Shown: one piece after another, positions 26,343 to 38,362 of the stretch
Layout: every line of letters begins with the position of its first letter
Numbering within the stretch: the first letter of the stretch is position 1
NCBI GenBank assembly: GCA_016177795.1
Contig: JACOUM010000003.1
Coordinates: 247,857 to 311,856, forward strand
DNA: 64,000 nt
DNA from: Nitrosomonadales bacterium
GTDB taxonomy: Bacteria; Pseudomonadota; Gammaproteobacteria; Burkholderiales; Gallionellaceae
Direction of reading: 5' to 3'
The notes under the pieces: model-generated
Told to the model about the DNA's origin: nothing
The model's database searches: none
The model's input: the letters and a program-made list of their open reading frames with translations, nothing else
Made by a program: the position numbers and the translations under genes

Positions 26343-26453
26343 GTAGGTGCGAATTTATTCGCACATCGTTCATTGGTTGGTGCGAATAAATTCGCACCTA
26401 CAAACGCATTCCGCCGGAGGAACGGTGGGCACAAAGAACCGTGCCCACCCTAC
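26343..26453. repeat. GTAG-family REP doublet plus a second REP
   Basis: GTAGGTGCGAATTTATTCGCAC...GTGCGAATAAATTCGCACCTAC, then GGTGGGCAC-aaagaacc-GTGCCCACCCTAC. Confidence 0.8.
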
Positions 26454-26459
26454 AAAAAC

Positions 26460-28703
<2,244 letters not shown>

Positions 28704-28713
28704 TTAAAACGGT

Positions 28714-30663
28714 TCAGGCTGCCTGCTGCTGGCTGGCGAACAGGGACAGCGCGCCGCCGGCGCGGATCATCGGAATGTCTTCCTTGCCCTGCGCAAGCTT
28801 GAGGGGAATATTGCCGACGCCATCGACCACCAGTTTGAGCTGGCCGCTTTCCAGACCGGAAGTGTCGAGCGACACCTTGACGCCCTGCTGGATGCGCTCC
28901 AGATCGGCCGGATTTTCAAAGGTCAGCCCGAGGATGCCGAAGTTGGCGAGGTTGGCCAGGTGGATGCGCTCGAAGCCCTTGGCCACGATGGCGCGCACGC
29001 CGAGAATGCGCGGGCACAGTCCGGCATGCTCGCGCGAGCTGCCCATGCCGTAGCCGTCGCCCGCCACGATGAAGCCGTGGCCGCCGGCATCGCGCACTGC
29101 CGCCGCGCGGGTGCTGAAGGTCTTGTCCACTTGGACGAAGGTTGCCTGTTTGGCGTACTCGTCCGCGTTGGAACGCAGCGACAGGTACTTGCCGGCAGGC
29201 TGGATATGATCGGTGGTGATCTCGTTGCCGAGCTTGAGCAGCACCTCGCCTGCCAGTTTGGCCGGCAGCGGGTCCAGCGTCGGCAGCGGCGCGATATCGG
29301 GGCCGTAGCGCATCTGCACCCTGGCGGCTTCCGCAGAGGGCAGCGGCGCGGTATAGGCATCCATGTCCACCACCGGCGGAACCAGCTTGATGGTGAGACT
29401 TGGATTGTCGCCGAGCAGGTCGCGCGGGTCGGTCAGCTTGCCTGTCACGGCGCTGGCGGCGGCAGTCACCGGGCTGACCAGATGCACGGCGGCGGTCTCG
29501 GTGCCGGAACGGCCTTCGAAGTTGCGGTTCGCCGTGGACAGCATCACGCCGTTGCTGGGTGGCGAAAAGCCCTGGCCGATACACGCGGAGCAGGCGTTTT
29601 CCATCACGCGCACGCCGGCGGCGTAGAAAATTTCCAGGTAGCCGGCTGCCGCCAGCTGGCGCGCGATGGCCTGCGAGCCGGGCGCGATGGCGGTGTCGAC
29701 CTTGACTTTCTTGCCGCGCAGCAGTTCGCCGACGCGCGCCAGGTTCTCGTAGTTGGAGTTGGTGCAACTGCCGATGAACACCGCGTCGATGGGCATGCCG
29801 GCATGCTTGGAGACCGGCTCCATGCCCTTCAGGCGCGGATACAGCGCGATGGTCGGCTCGAGGTCAGACAGGTTGATCTCGACGGTGCGTGAGTAGGCTG
29901 CGCCCGCATCGGCGGCCAGCGGCTGCCAGTCCTTGCCGCGCTTGCGGCCTTCGAGATAGGCTTTGGTGATGTCGTCCGACGGGAAGATCGAGAAGGCGAC
30001 GCCGGCCTCGGTGCCCATGTTGCAGATGGTGGCGCGGTCGGTGACATTCAGGCTTTTCAGGCCGGGGCCGGTGTATTCCAGGCAGATGTCCTTGTTGCCC
30101 TTGATGCCGATGACCTTGAGCACGTTGAGGATCACGTCCTTGGCGAGCACGCCCGGATGCAGCGCGCCGGTGAGGTTCACCTGCACCACCTTCGGCATCG
30201 AAATCTTGTAGGAGGTGCCAGCCATCGCAAAGCTCACGTCGGTGCCGCCCGCACCCATCGCCAGCATGCCCATGCCGCCGGCATTGGTGGTATGTGAATC
30301 GGAGCCGATCACCGACTTGCCGGGAACCGCGAAATCTTCCAGGAACACGCTGTGGCAGATGCCGAGGCCGCCGCGCGAAAACCAGCAGCCGTATTTCTTG
30401 GAGAAGGTCTCCAGGTAGCGATGGTCGTCGCCATCGATATAGCCGACCTGCAGGGTCTTGTGGTCCACCACGATGACCGAGGTGGTCTTCACTCGATCCA
30501 CGCCCATTTTCTCGAAGGCCAGCGCGGCGGCGGTGCCGGTGGCATCCTGGTAGAGGGTATGGGTGAACTGGATTTCCAGCGGCTGCCCCGGCTCGGGAAG
30601 CTGGGTCAGACCTCCGGCCGCATTGGCCAGCAGGATTTTTTGTGCGACGTTAAGTGCGGTCAT
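28714..30663 (-). CDS. acn: Aconitate hydratase (short ~650-aa type)
   Basis: QDATG, DSHT, IGSCTNS, ACSACIGQ, NRNFEGR, TTDHI and GSSREHA motifs; lies between acl and icd. Confidence 0.9.
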   Translation of the reverse strand: MTALNVAQKILLANAAGGLTQLPEPGQPLEIQFTHTLYQDATGTAAALAFEKMGVDRVKTTSVIVVDHKTLQVGYIDGDDHRYLETFSKKYGCWFSRGGLGICHSVFLEDFAVPGKSVIGSDSHTTNAGGMGMLAMGAGGTDVSFAMAGTSYKISMPKVVQVNLTGALHPGVLAKDVILNVLKVIGIKGNKDICLEYTGPGLKSLNVTDRATICNMGTEAGVAFSIFPSDDITKAYLEGRKRGKDWQPLAADAGAAYSRTVEINLSDLEPTIALYPRLKGMEPVSKHAGMPIDAVFIGSCTNSNYENLARVGELLRGKKVKVDTAIAPGSQAIARQLAAAGYLEIFYAAGVRVMENACSACIGQGFSPPSNGVMLSTANRNFEGRSGTETAAVHLVSPVTAAASAVTGKLTDPRDLLGDNPSLTIKLVPPVVDMDAYTAPLPSAEAARVQMRYGPDIAPLPTLDPLPAKLAGEVLLKLGNEITTDHIQPAGKYLSLRSNADEYAKQATFVQVDKTFSTRAAAVRDAGGHGFIVAGDGYGMGSSREHAGLCPRILGVRAIVAKGFERIHLANLANFGILGLTFENPADLERIQQGVKVSLDTSGLESGQLKLVVDGVGNIPLKLAQGKEDIPMIRAGGALSLFASQQQAA

Positions 30664-30829
30664 GATGCTCTCCAGATAATTACGAAATAAAAATTAATCA
30701 TGCGTGAACCGATGCACTTCCCATCGGAGACATGCGAACTGATGGATTGGGCTCCGCACTCCAGCTCCGCCCGCCTTGCGTTCTGCTCCGGGGATCTTGC
30801 AAAAAATCTTATCTCTCTAAAGGCTTCTC

Positions 30830-33532
30830 CTAGGAAACATGCGTGCACTGCGATGCCGGTGTGCGCGTATCCATGTTGCGTCCACGGTTGATGTGGTCGT
30901 CGATTTCACCGGCGCAGCCCGCCATGCGGCCGAACAGGAAGGCGGTGAACGCAGCCATTTCCATCAGGTTCTCGCTGAACTGGCCGTTGCGGTAGCGCGG
31001 CCACAGCAGTTTGAGCAGCGAAGCGGCAATCACGGCGTCGATGTTCACGCAGAACACGTTGGCGGTGACGCCGTTGTCGTACAGCGACTGCACCAGCGTC
31101 TTGTAGAAATCGTGGAACACGTTCTTCTCATTGCGCTCCGCAAAGAATTCGGAGATGAAGGTTTCGCGCGGGTCGTGGTTGACCGGCTGGCCCTTGAACA
31201 CCGGGTGGTTCACGCCGGGGATGTTGCGCACGCCGACACCCAGCGCCTTGCTCTGCTTCTTTTCCTTGTTGAAGGCGATGGCGAAGTCGGTGGTGATCTT
31301 CTTCAGGTCGATGTCCGGGCCGGGGTTGCCCGCATCGGCCAGCGAGGTGTCCCTGAAGTTTTCGATCAGGAACTGGATGCCTTCGTAACCGTTGCCGCCA
31401 TGGGCAAAGCCGGTGTGGGTCAGGAATCCGATCATGCCCTTGTTGATCTGCACACGCTCCGGCGATTCCGGGCCGTCGGCGGACACCGCGCCCTTGCAGC
31501 CCTGCGCCGAGATGGTGCCGACGCCGTTGGAGATGATCAGCCCCAGGATGACCTGCAACGGCAGCAGACTGGCTTCCGTCGGGCGCTCGCCCAGCAAAGA
31601 GATATAGGCCAGCTGCGTGACAGTCCATGAATCCAGTATTTCCTGATTCGCGACGCCGCAGAAGCTGGCGGACGCATGGTGCTTGGCTTCGGTGGACGCG
31701 CCGATGATGGCGCCGAACAGCTTGGCGTACCAGGGCAGGTTGCGCACGGTCAGCTTGGAGATGCGCTTGCGCATCAGCGGCTCCCAGGCCACGGTGGTGG
31801 TCAGCGCGGCCAGCACGGCGTCCGCCGTGGGGTGGCCCTTGAGCGAGCGCAGGTACTTCACGAACACGGACTTCGCGCCGCGCTTGTCGCAGGCCTTGAG
31901 CATGGCTTCAGCTTTGGTGTCGGCCTTGTCGCCGACCAGCGTCGCGAGCTGTTCTGCAGTGGCCTCGGCAGGATTGACCTTGGCGGCTTCGTCGTCGCCC
32001 TTCAACAGGCCGGAATGTGCGAAGATTTCCGTCAGGGAATCGGCGGCCGCGCGCGCGGCGTCCACGCGCTTCGGCCCGAGCAACGCCACTGCGGCGCTGA
32101 TCGCGGTGTTGGGCGCGTTGCCCGCCTCGCGCGAGGCTTCGGCAGCGGCCAGCATGGCGTCGTTGTGCAGGTTGACCTGTGCGGCCACGGCAAGGTTGAA
32201 CAGCGCGTTGTCGTTGGCGTCGTTGAGCTCGCGCACCAGCGCCAGGCACAGGTTGGATTCCAGCGGCTGCTTGGAGCAGTCGAGGATGGAGATGTTATTG
32301 ACCTTGGTGACCTGGGTCTTGGGGTCCATGACCGAGGAACCCGAGCAATCCTTCATGCTCTGGCGCGGGAAGATGGCGCCGACGTTCTTGAGCAACTCGG
32401 CGATCTGCTGGTCGTAGGGCGACATGGCCTTGACCACCGGAATGTCGAGCGCAGCAGGCAGCTTCAAGCCCTGGTTGTCGCCGAACCACGGCTTGAGTTC
32501 CAGGTTGCCTTCCGGCTCGAAATCCTTCTCGATGCCGTTCAGTTTCATCACCGCAGTCAGCGCCGCCGGAATGTGGGCGATGTTGGTAACCACCGCGCCC
32601 TTCTTGGAGCACACCGGGTTTTCCGGCGTGTACAGATCCTTCACACCGAACTTGTCCATGAACCAGCCTTCCTTGGCGCGCGCGTCGTCGCCCGATCCGG
32701 CGATGGCGCCGGCGTGGCCCACGGCGCGTGTCAGGCTGGCCTTCCAGCGGCCCACCACGCAGGCGACCACAGGCTTGTCAAAGACCACATCGTGTTCATA
32801 GTAGCCACCCGGCTCCGAATACAACACCGCTGCCTTGGTGCGCTCGTCGTTGGACATGGCATAGGCGAATTCTGGCACGGCGTAATTGATGTAGATATCC
32901 TTGCCGCTGGAAACCAGCGTCGTCGTGCCCCAGCCGCCAATGGACAGGTAGTTGGCGATGGTGGTGGTGAAATTGCCGGAGTTGGAGAAGATGGCGACCG
33001 AACCCTTGCGCAGGGTTTCGGCAGGGTTGTCGCCGCCCAGCGCGCCACCGATACGCACCTGGTTCCAGGAGTCGGCCACGCCGAGGCAGTTGCCGCCAAA
33101 GATGTCCACGCCGCGCTGCTGTCCCAGAGCGCGGATTTCGCGCGCATCATGCACGGCGATTTTCTCGGTGATGATGACGACTTTCTCGACATCGGGATTG
33201 ATGCGGATCAGTTCGGCCACACCGTCGCGCACGGCGGAAGGCGGCAGGTAGACCACGCCGACGTTGAACTTGTGACCGGCTTCCATGCCTTCGCGCACGT
33301 TGTTGTACACCGGGATGTTGCCCGCAGGCGTCTCGACCACCTGGCCGCGGCGTCCGGGCGAAGTGCCGAACACCACATTGCCGCCGGAATAGGCGTGGCT
33401 GACCGGTGTCACGGAGCGGGATTCGTTGCCCGTGATATTGAGCACGCAGATGCGGTCCTCGCGGGTCGCGATATCGGCCAGCGAACGGATGCCGACGTAG
33501 TATTTGAAGTCTTTGATGCCAGGCTTTCTCAT
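30830..33532 (-). CDS. aclA: ATP-citrate lyase alpha subunit, long (type II) form
   Basis: CoA-binding and ligase domains (GHAGA) fused to a citrate-synthase-like domain (AHGGNG, GVNHPVFK, DPRE, VNIDA); ~900 aa. Confidence 0.9.
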   Translation of the reverse strand: MRKPGIKDFKYYVGIRSLADIATREDRICVLNITGNESRSVTPVSHAYSGGNVVFGTSPGRRGQVVETPAGNIPVYNNVREGMEAGHKFNVGVVYLPPSAVRDGVAELIRINPDVEKVVIITEKIAVHDAREIRALGQQRGVDIFGGNCLGVADSWNQVRIGGALGGDNPAETLRKGSVAIFSNSGNFTTTIANYLSIGGWGTTTLVSSGKDIYINYAVPEFAYAMSNDERTKAAVLYSEPGGYYEHDVVFDKPVVACVVGRWKASLTRAVGHAGAIAGSGDDARAKEGWFMDKFGVKDLYTPENPVCSKKGAVVTNIAHIPAALTAVMKLNGIEKDFEPEGNLELKPWFGDNQGLKLPAALDIPVVKAMSPYDQQIAELLKNVGAIFPRQSMKDCSGSSVMDPKTQVTKVNNISILDCSKQPLESNLCLALVRELNDANDNALFNLAVAAQVNLHNDAMLAAAEASREAGNAPNTAISAAVALLGPKRVDAARAAADSLTEIFAHSGLLKGDDEAAKVNPAEATAEQLATLVGDKADTKAEAMLKACDKRGAKSVFVKYLRSLKGHPTADAVLAALTTTVAWEPLMRKRISKLTVRNLPWYAKLFGAIIGASTEAKHHASASFCGVANQEILDSWTVTQLAYISLLGERPTEASLLPLQVILGLIISNGVGTISAQGCKGAVSADGPESPERVQINKGMIGFLTHTGFAHGGNGYEGIQFLIENFRDTSLADAGNPGPDIDLKKITTDFAIAFNKEKKQSKALGVGVRNIPGVNHPVFKGQPVNHDPRETFISEFFAERNEKNVFHDFYKTLVQSLYDNGVTANVFCVNIDAVIAASLLKLLWPRYRNGQFSENLMEMAAFTAFLFGRMAGCAGEIDDHINRGRNMDTRTPASQCTHVS

Positions 33533-33615
33533 TGCATTCACCTTTGCTAATTATTCATTTCCGTGGGCAAGCATTTGCGCCCACGCAGATAGTGTCATTC
33601 ATTGGCAAACTGCGC

Positions 33616-34896
33616 TCAAGCATCCGCCGGCAGACCCAGCAGCTTCGCCACTTCGGCGCGGCCACCGCTCTTCATCCAGCGATCCGCTTCCTGCGCGTAG
33701 TTCACCACGTCGGTCATCGCGGAATCAAAGCCGAAAATTTTATAAGGGATGCGCAACGAGTCGAGCACATCCTTGAACGCGCCCATACCGCGGATTACCT
33801 GCGGGCCGCCGCGGCCGATCACCACATACAGCGGGGTGGGGCCGCGCTCGCTGAAATAATCGCGCAGCGCATCCGCCATGGCGCGGAAGGTGACAAAAAT
33901 GTCGGTGTTATTGGCCTTGCCGCCGATGACGAACAGCACATTCGCCTGCTTGAGATAGTACTTGAGGGATATGCGCATCACGTCGTACATCTTCTCGTAG
34001 GGCGGATTGCCGCCGAAGTCGGAGGAGATGATGGCGTCGTTGCCCAGCACTTCGGTGACCAGCGAGTTCGCGCCGCCGCCAAAGGTCGGGGCAAGGATGG
34101 TGCCCTTGTCGTTGATCACGTAAACGTCGCTCTGCCCCTGATAGGTGCGCAACTCGTTGATTTCCTGCTCGAAATCGTTTGCTTCGGAGACAAACAGATC
34201 GTCAGGCAGCGTCAAACGGTTCACGCGCGGGTCGTCGCGGTCGAAGCCGCACTTGAAGTCGCAGGCCACCGGGATCAGCGAGCCGGATTTGCCCGGCATC
34301 ATGCGGATAGGGTTGAGTTCCAGCGTGGACATGCCGTAGTGGTGGTAAAGGTCCCACAGCTTGGGCAGATGCTGCACCAGCGGCGAAATGATTTCCCTGG
34401 GCGCGCCGAGATCGGTCAGCGCATTGGAAACGATGAATGACTTGAGTCCGGTCAGCGGGTCGAACGGGACTTCGACGATCTGGGTCTTGTCCAGTTCTTC
34501 GATGTCCATGCCGCCATGATGCGTGAGCGTCATTACCGGGGCGCGGTAGCGGGTCGAATCGGTGATCGAGAAATAAATCTCGTGCTCGGCCGGAACAGCA
34601 CCCTCGAAAGTCACGCCACGCGACTTGTAGACGGCATTGCCGACCTTGTATTCTGCAAAATACAGGCGTTCTTTCTCGGCCAGCGCCGACTTGAGATCCT
34701 TGACGCGCCCGATCAAACCGGATTTGCCTTTCTTGCCGATGCCACCCTTGAAAATGGGCTTGATGAAGACCGAACCGCAACGTTCGATCAGACCGTGGAT
34801 TTCATGTTCGCTGGCTTCCGGACCGAGCACCTCGGAGGCCGGAAAATCGACGATTTTGAGCAATCCTGCTCCATAAAGCATTCCACTGATGTTCAT
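33616..34896 (-). CDS. aclB: ATP-citrate lyase beta subunit
   Basis: ATP-grasp domain (GGIGKKGK, LELNP) and citrate-binding domain (GGGANS, GGKANNTD, GRGGP). Confidence 0.88.
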   Translation of the reverse strand: MNISGMLYGAGLLKIVDFPASEVLGPEASEHEIHGLIERCGSVFIKPIFKGGIGKKGKSGLIGRVKDLKSALAEKERLYFAEYKVGNAVYKSRGVTFEGAVPAEHEIYFSITDSTRYRAPVMTLTHHGGMDIEELDKTQIVEVPFDPLTGLKSFIVSNALTDLGAPREIISPLVQHLPKLWDLYHHYGMSTLELNPIRMMPGKSGSLIPVACDFKCGFDRDDPRVNRLTLPDDLFVSEANDFEQEINELRTYQGQSDVYVINDKGTILAPTFGGGANSLVTEVLGNDAIISSDFGGNPPYEKMYDVMRISLKYYLKQANVLFVIGGKANNTDIFVTFRAMADALRDYFSERGPTPLYVVIGRGGPQVIRGMGAFKDVLDSLRIPYKIFGFDSAMTDVVNYAQEADRWMKSGGRAEVAKLLGLPADA

Positions 34897-35013
34897 GCTT
34901 TTGTTACTCCCCTGTTTATCAAATTCTTTAAAGTTTGCAGCCGACGGCCTGTCGCTGGTAGCGAAAACCTGCCGCAAAGCTGATTTGGATTTTGCTGCCT
35001 GCTGCCAGCCATC

Positions 35014-35838
35014 CTAATATTCTTCCGGCAGGTCTTTCAGTTCTGCCCAGGAATAAACCGGCCCTTTGACGCAGACGTAGTCCTTGCCGACATTGCAGCG
35101 GCCGCATTTGCCCACGCCGCATTTCATCTTGTTCTCGATGGTTGTGTAAATCTGTTCGTCGGTAAAGCCGATCTGGCGCAGGTTCTGGATCACGAACTTG
35201 ATCATGATCGGCGGTCCGCAGGTAATCGCGATGGCATTGCTGGGCGATGGCGCCTTGTCCATCACGTTGGCGGGCACGAAACCGCAATAGGAATCCCATC
35301 CCTCCTCGGCCTTGTCCACGGACAGATGAACATCGGCGGCATCGCGCAATTTATCGAGTTCCGCCCGGTACATGATGTCGCGCGGAGAGCGGCCGCCGTA
35401 AAACACGGTAATATTCTTGAAATTGTCGCGTTGCGCCACTGCGGTGGTGATCACCGGCCAGATCGGCGCCAATCCGCAGCCGCCGCCGATAAAGATCAGA
35501 TTCTTGCCGCGCCAGTCATCAATCGGAAAGTTGTTGCCGTAGGGGCCACGGATGCCGACGACATCACCTACTTCCAGTTCATGGAAGGCGGAACTCACGC
35601 GCCCCACCCGCATGATGCTGAATTGCTTGTATTCCCTGATCAGCGGTGAGGAAGCAATCGAAATCATCGATTCGCCACGGCCAAAAATGGAAAGCATCGC
35701 GCATTGGCCGCACTGGTGCTCGAAGAGTTCACCGTCCACCGGCTCGACGCGAAAAGTTTTAATGGAGCGTTCGCCGGCCACCTCTTCTTTGATGGAGGCG
35801 ACCCTGGCCAACTGCGGAAGATAAATGTTATCCGACAT
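35014..35838 (-). CDS. flxA: FlxA-like FAD/NAD(H)-binding [2Fe-2S] oxidoreductase
   Basis: RGPYGN, GGGCGLAP, CGPPIM and MKCGVGKCGRC..C motifs. Confidence 0.85.
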   Translation of the reverse strand: MSDNIYLPQLARVASIKEEVAGERSIKTFRVEPVDGELFEHQCGQCAMLSIFGRGESMISIASSPLIREYKQFSIMRVGRVSSAFHELEVGDVVGIRGPYGNNFPIDDWRGKNLIFIGGGCGLAPIWPVITTAVAQRDNFKNITVFYGGRSPRDIMYRAELDKLRDAADVHLSVDKAEEGWDSYCGFVPANVMDKAPSPSNAIAITCGPPIMIKFVIQNLRQIGFTDEQIYTTIENKMKCGVGKCGRCNVGKDYVCVKGPVYSWAELKDLPEEY

Positions 35839-36862
35839 TTTCGGTTACCTTATTGACTACGGTGACAATATCGATTCCAACCGGGCATTCGCTGACACAG
35901 CGGCCGCAACCGGTGCATTGATGCATCCCGAAATTTTTGTGGAAATACTGAAACTTGTGGTTTACTCGCTGGCGCAACCGGGCAGCAGTGTTCTCGCGCG
36001 GGTTGTGGCCGGACGAGTGCATGGTGAAATCCGGGAACTGGCAGTTGTCCCAGGTGCGTACCCGCTGGCCCTTGAGCGGCGCCTTGTTCTGAACTTCGTC
36101 GTTGATGTCAAAACAATGACAGGTCGGGCACAGGAAGGTGCAGATGCCGCAACCGATACAGGCCCGCGCCATTTCTTCCCACAGCGGCGAATCGAAGCTC
36201 GCCTCCAGTTTGGCCGGAGCTCCGTCCGGATCGTTAATCTTGCGCTGCGGATGTGCCACCGCGTCTGCATGTATCTGCTTCAGCTGTTTTTTGTCGGCAG
36301 CGGACGGCTCGGCAAACAGGCTGCTGGCTGCCGCCATCATCGTCTTGCCTGTTTCGGTGACCGCCTTCACGAAGTAGCGGTCGCCCATATCGGTCAACTG
36401 GACATCGAGACCGTCGGTAGAAACCGGCGACCCGCCGACCGACAGGCAGAAGCAGTTGGGGCTGGGCGGTTTGTTGCAGGCCAGGCCGACATAGGCCACG
36501 TTCTTGCGGCGCGCGTTGTAATACGGGTCATCAACGTGGTCGGTGAATACCTTGTCCATGCGCGGCACGCCGCGGCCATCGCACGGGCGGACACCGAACA
36601 CGGCATGACGCGCAGCCTGCGGCATTATCTGCGTCAGCTTGGGCGGCTCGCCTTTGATCTGTTCGAACGAGAAAAATATCTCGCGCTGGGGAAAAGCAAA
36701 TCCCTTGGGCGACTGCTTGGTGTTGGGGTGGTTGAGCCGGACAGCACCGCTGACCGGTTGATATGCCCAGATGCCGTCCTCCAGCACCGGTGCATGCACC
36801 TCCCAGTCGGTCAGCGCTGCAACCCAGGCATCAACCTGCTTTTTGTCTAGAATTTTTTCCAT
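35828..36862 (-). CDS. flxB: FlxB-like 4Fe-4S protein (AsrA/HydB family)
   Basis: GVRPCD, CFC, CIGCGICTFLCPTCHC and CTGCGRCVSECP motifs. Confidence 0.82.
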   Translation of the reverse strand: MEKILDKKQVDAWVAALTDWEVHAPVLEDGIWAYQPVSGAVRLNHPNTKQSPKGFAFPQREIFFSFEQIKGEPPKLTQIMPQAARHAVFGVRPCDGRGVPRMDKVFTDHVDDPYYNARRKNVAYVGLACNKPPSPNCFCLSVGGSPVSTDGLDVQLTDMGDRYFVKAVTETGKTMMAAASSLFAEPSAADKKQLKQIHADAVAHPQRKINDPDGAPAKLEASFDSPLWEEMARACIGCGICTFLCPTCHCFDINDEVQNKAPLKGQRVRTWDNCQFPDFTMHSSGHNPRENTAARLRQRVNHKFQYFHKNFGMHQCTGCGRCVSECPVGIDIVTVVNKVTENVG

Positions 36863-36866
36863 GCCA

Positions 36867-37898
36867 TTACCTGATGAAATCGCCGGGGTCGCTATCGAGG
36901 AAGGAAGCTACCAGCGACGGCCCCCCGACACTCGCCCCGGGCTCAAAGCCGAACTTTTCGCGGGCTTCCCGCTCCATTTTGTTGTTGAGCAGCCGTATCG
37001 GGACATTGACCGGACAGGCACGTTCGCATTCGCCGCAATCAGTGCAGCGGCCAGCCAGATGCATGGCACGCGTCATGAGATAGGTGATATTTTCGGAACG
37101 TGTTGCCGAGCGCTCGATCCAGCGAATGCGGTTGGCTTTTTCCTCTGCCGTGGTTGCCGGGGTTACCGGGAAGGTAATACTGTCCACCACGCACTCGTCG
37201 CAATAGCACATCGGGCACACCGAGCGGCAGGCGAAACAACGTATGCAGCGGTCGAAATGGTGACTCCAGAAGTCCCAGCGTTCACCTGTGCCCTGCGCCT
37301 CGAAACGGGCAAGCGCGGCGAACGGCTCCGCCAGTTCGCGCCCGGTCCTGTCCTCGCCGAACACGACATTATTCTCTTTGGGAAAGGGGTTGCGACATTC
37401 CAGGCAACGATCCGCCATCACTTCGCGGGCCGGCAGGCGCTTTTCGCCCTCGGCAGTGGTGAACACGAAATCGTCGCCGTCAAAAACGGCTTTCGTCGCC
37501 TGGAAACCATTCAGATGGGGCGCCAGCTTGCGCTCGTCCACGACCCCGGTGCCCTCGCAGGACACGCCGATGATGTAGACATCCTCGCGCTTGAAATAGT
37601 GTTCCTGCAGCAGCACGACGATGGAGCGTGCGTCGCATCCCTTGGCAATGATGGCAATCGGCGCATCAGAGGTCTTGTTGAGATGGGCCAGAAATTTGCG
37701 ATCCTCGACCAGGTACAGGGACAGGTTGTGAAAACAGGTCGGATCCCATACCAGCTCTTCTGCCTGTTCCGGATTGGTAATGAAAGCGGGTTCGGCGGGC
37801 ATGCCGCGGCTGCCCCGCCGATAGCCGATAACGGCACGGACTTCGCCCTTCGCGAGCATATCCTTTGCGGTGTCGCGGATATCCTGAATATTAATCAT
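36867..37898 (-). CDS. flxC: FlxC-like 4Fe-4S protein
   Basis: KGCD, CIRCFACRSVCPMCYC and HLAGRCTDCGECERACP motifs. Confidence 0.8.
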   Translation of the reverse strand: MINIQDIRDTAKDMLAKGEVRAVIGYRRGSRGMPAEPAFITNPEQAEELVWDPTCFHNLSLYLVEDRKFLAHLNKTSDAPIAIIAKGCDARSIVVLLQEHYFKREDVYIIGVSCEGTGVVDERKLAPHLNGFQATKAVFDGDDFVFTTAEGEKRLPAREVMADRCLECRNPFPKENNVVFGEDRTGRELAEPFAALARFEAQGTGERWDFWSHHFDRCIRCFACRSVCPMCYCDECVVDSITFPVTPATTAEEKANRIRWIERSATRSENITYLMTRAMHLAGRCTDCGECERACPVNVPIRLLNNKMEREAREKFGFEPGASVGGPSLVASFLDSDPGDFIR

Positions 37899-38328
37899 TT
37901 GCAACCACTTTCTTCAGCTTGTCCTGCGGCCCAAGCGGCTCAAGATCATTGATAAAGTCGGTAACGACCCGAGCGAACTTGGCACCCTCGGCGGCCGACA
38001 CCCAGGACATGCGGAAACGGTCCGGCTCGACGCCGATGAATTTGAGCAACTCCATGGTCAGGTGCATTTTGCGCCGCGCCAGATAGTTACCCTCAATGTA
38101 ATGGCAATCGCCGATATGGCAGCCCGATACCAGCACGCCGTCCGCCCCCTTGTTGAAAGCTGACAGGATATACATCGGCGACATGGCGCCTGTGCACGGG
38201 ATGGTGATCGGCGTCGCATTGGGTGGGTACTGGATACGCGAGACACCAGCCAGATCGCTGCCTGCCGACGAGCACCACTTGCACAGGAAAGCGACGACTT
38301 TTGGTTCATAGGCTTGTTGTTCCGACAT
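37891..38328 (-). CDS. flxD: MvhD/FlxD [2Fe-2S] subunit
   Basis: FLCKWCS, GADGV..GCHIGDCHY and WVSAAEG motifs. Confidence 0.88.
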   Translation of the reverse strand: MSEQQAYEPKVVAFLCKWCSSAGSDLAGVSRIQYPPNATPITIPCTGAMSPMYILSAFNKGADGVLVSGCHIGDCHYIEGNYLARRKMHLTMELLKFIGVEPDRFRMSWVSAAEGAKFARVVTDFINDLEPLGPQDKLKKVVAND

Positions 38329-38362
38329 CTATTTTCCTTCTCTCAATCCGTGTTTCTTTCTC

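Noticed and set aside
28714-30663. Fused isopropylmalate isomerase or homoaconitase
   Set aside because: Position between aclA and icd and the QDATG/SSREHA motifs favour aconitase
30664-30829. Possible IS remnant or structured RNA between aclA and acn
   Set aside because: Only a weak hairpin and a single IS-like end without a partner repeat
35014-36862. Anaerobic sulfite reductase AsrAB or sulfhydrogenase subunits
   Set aside because: No asrC or hydrogenase large/small subunits; the mvhD-hdrA context indicates Flx
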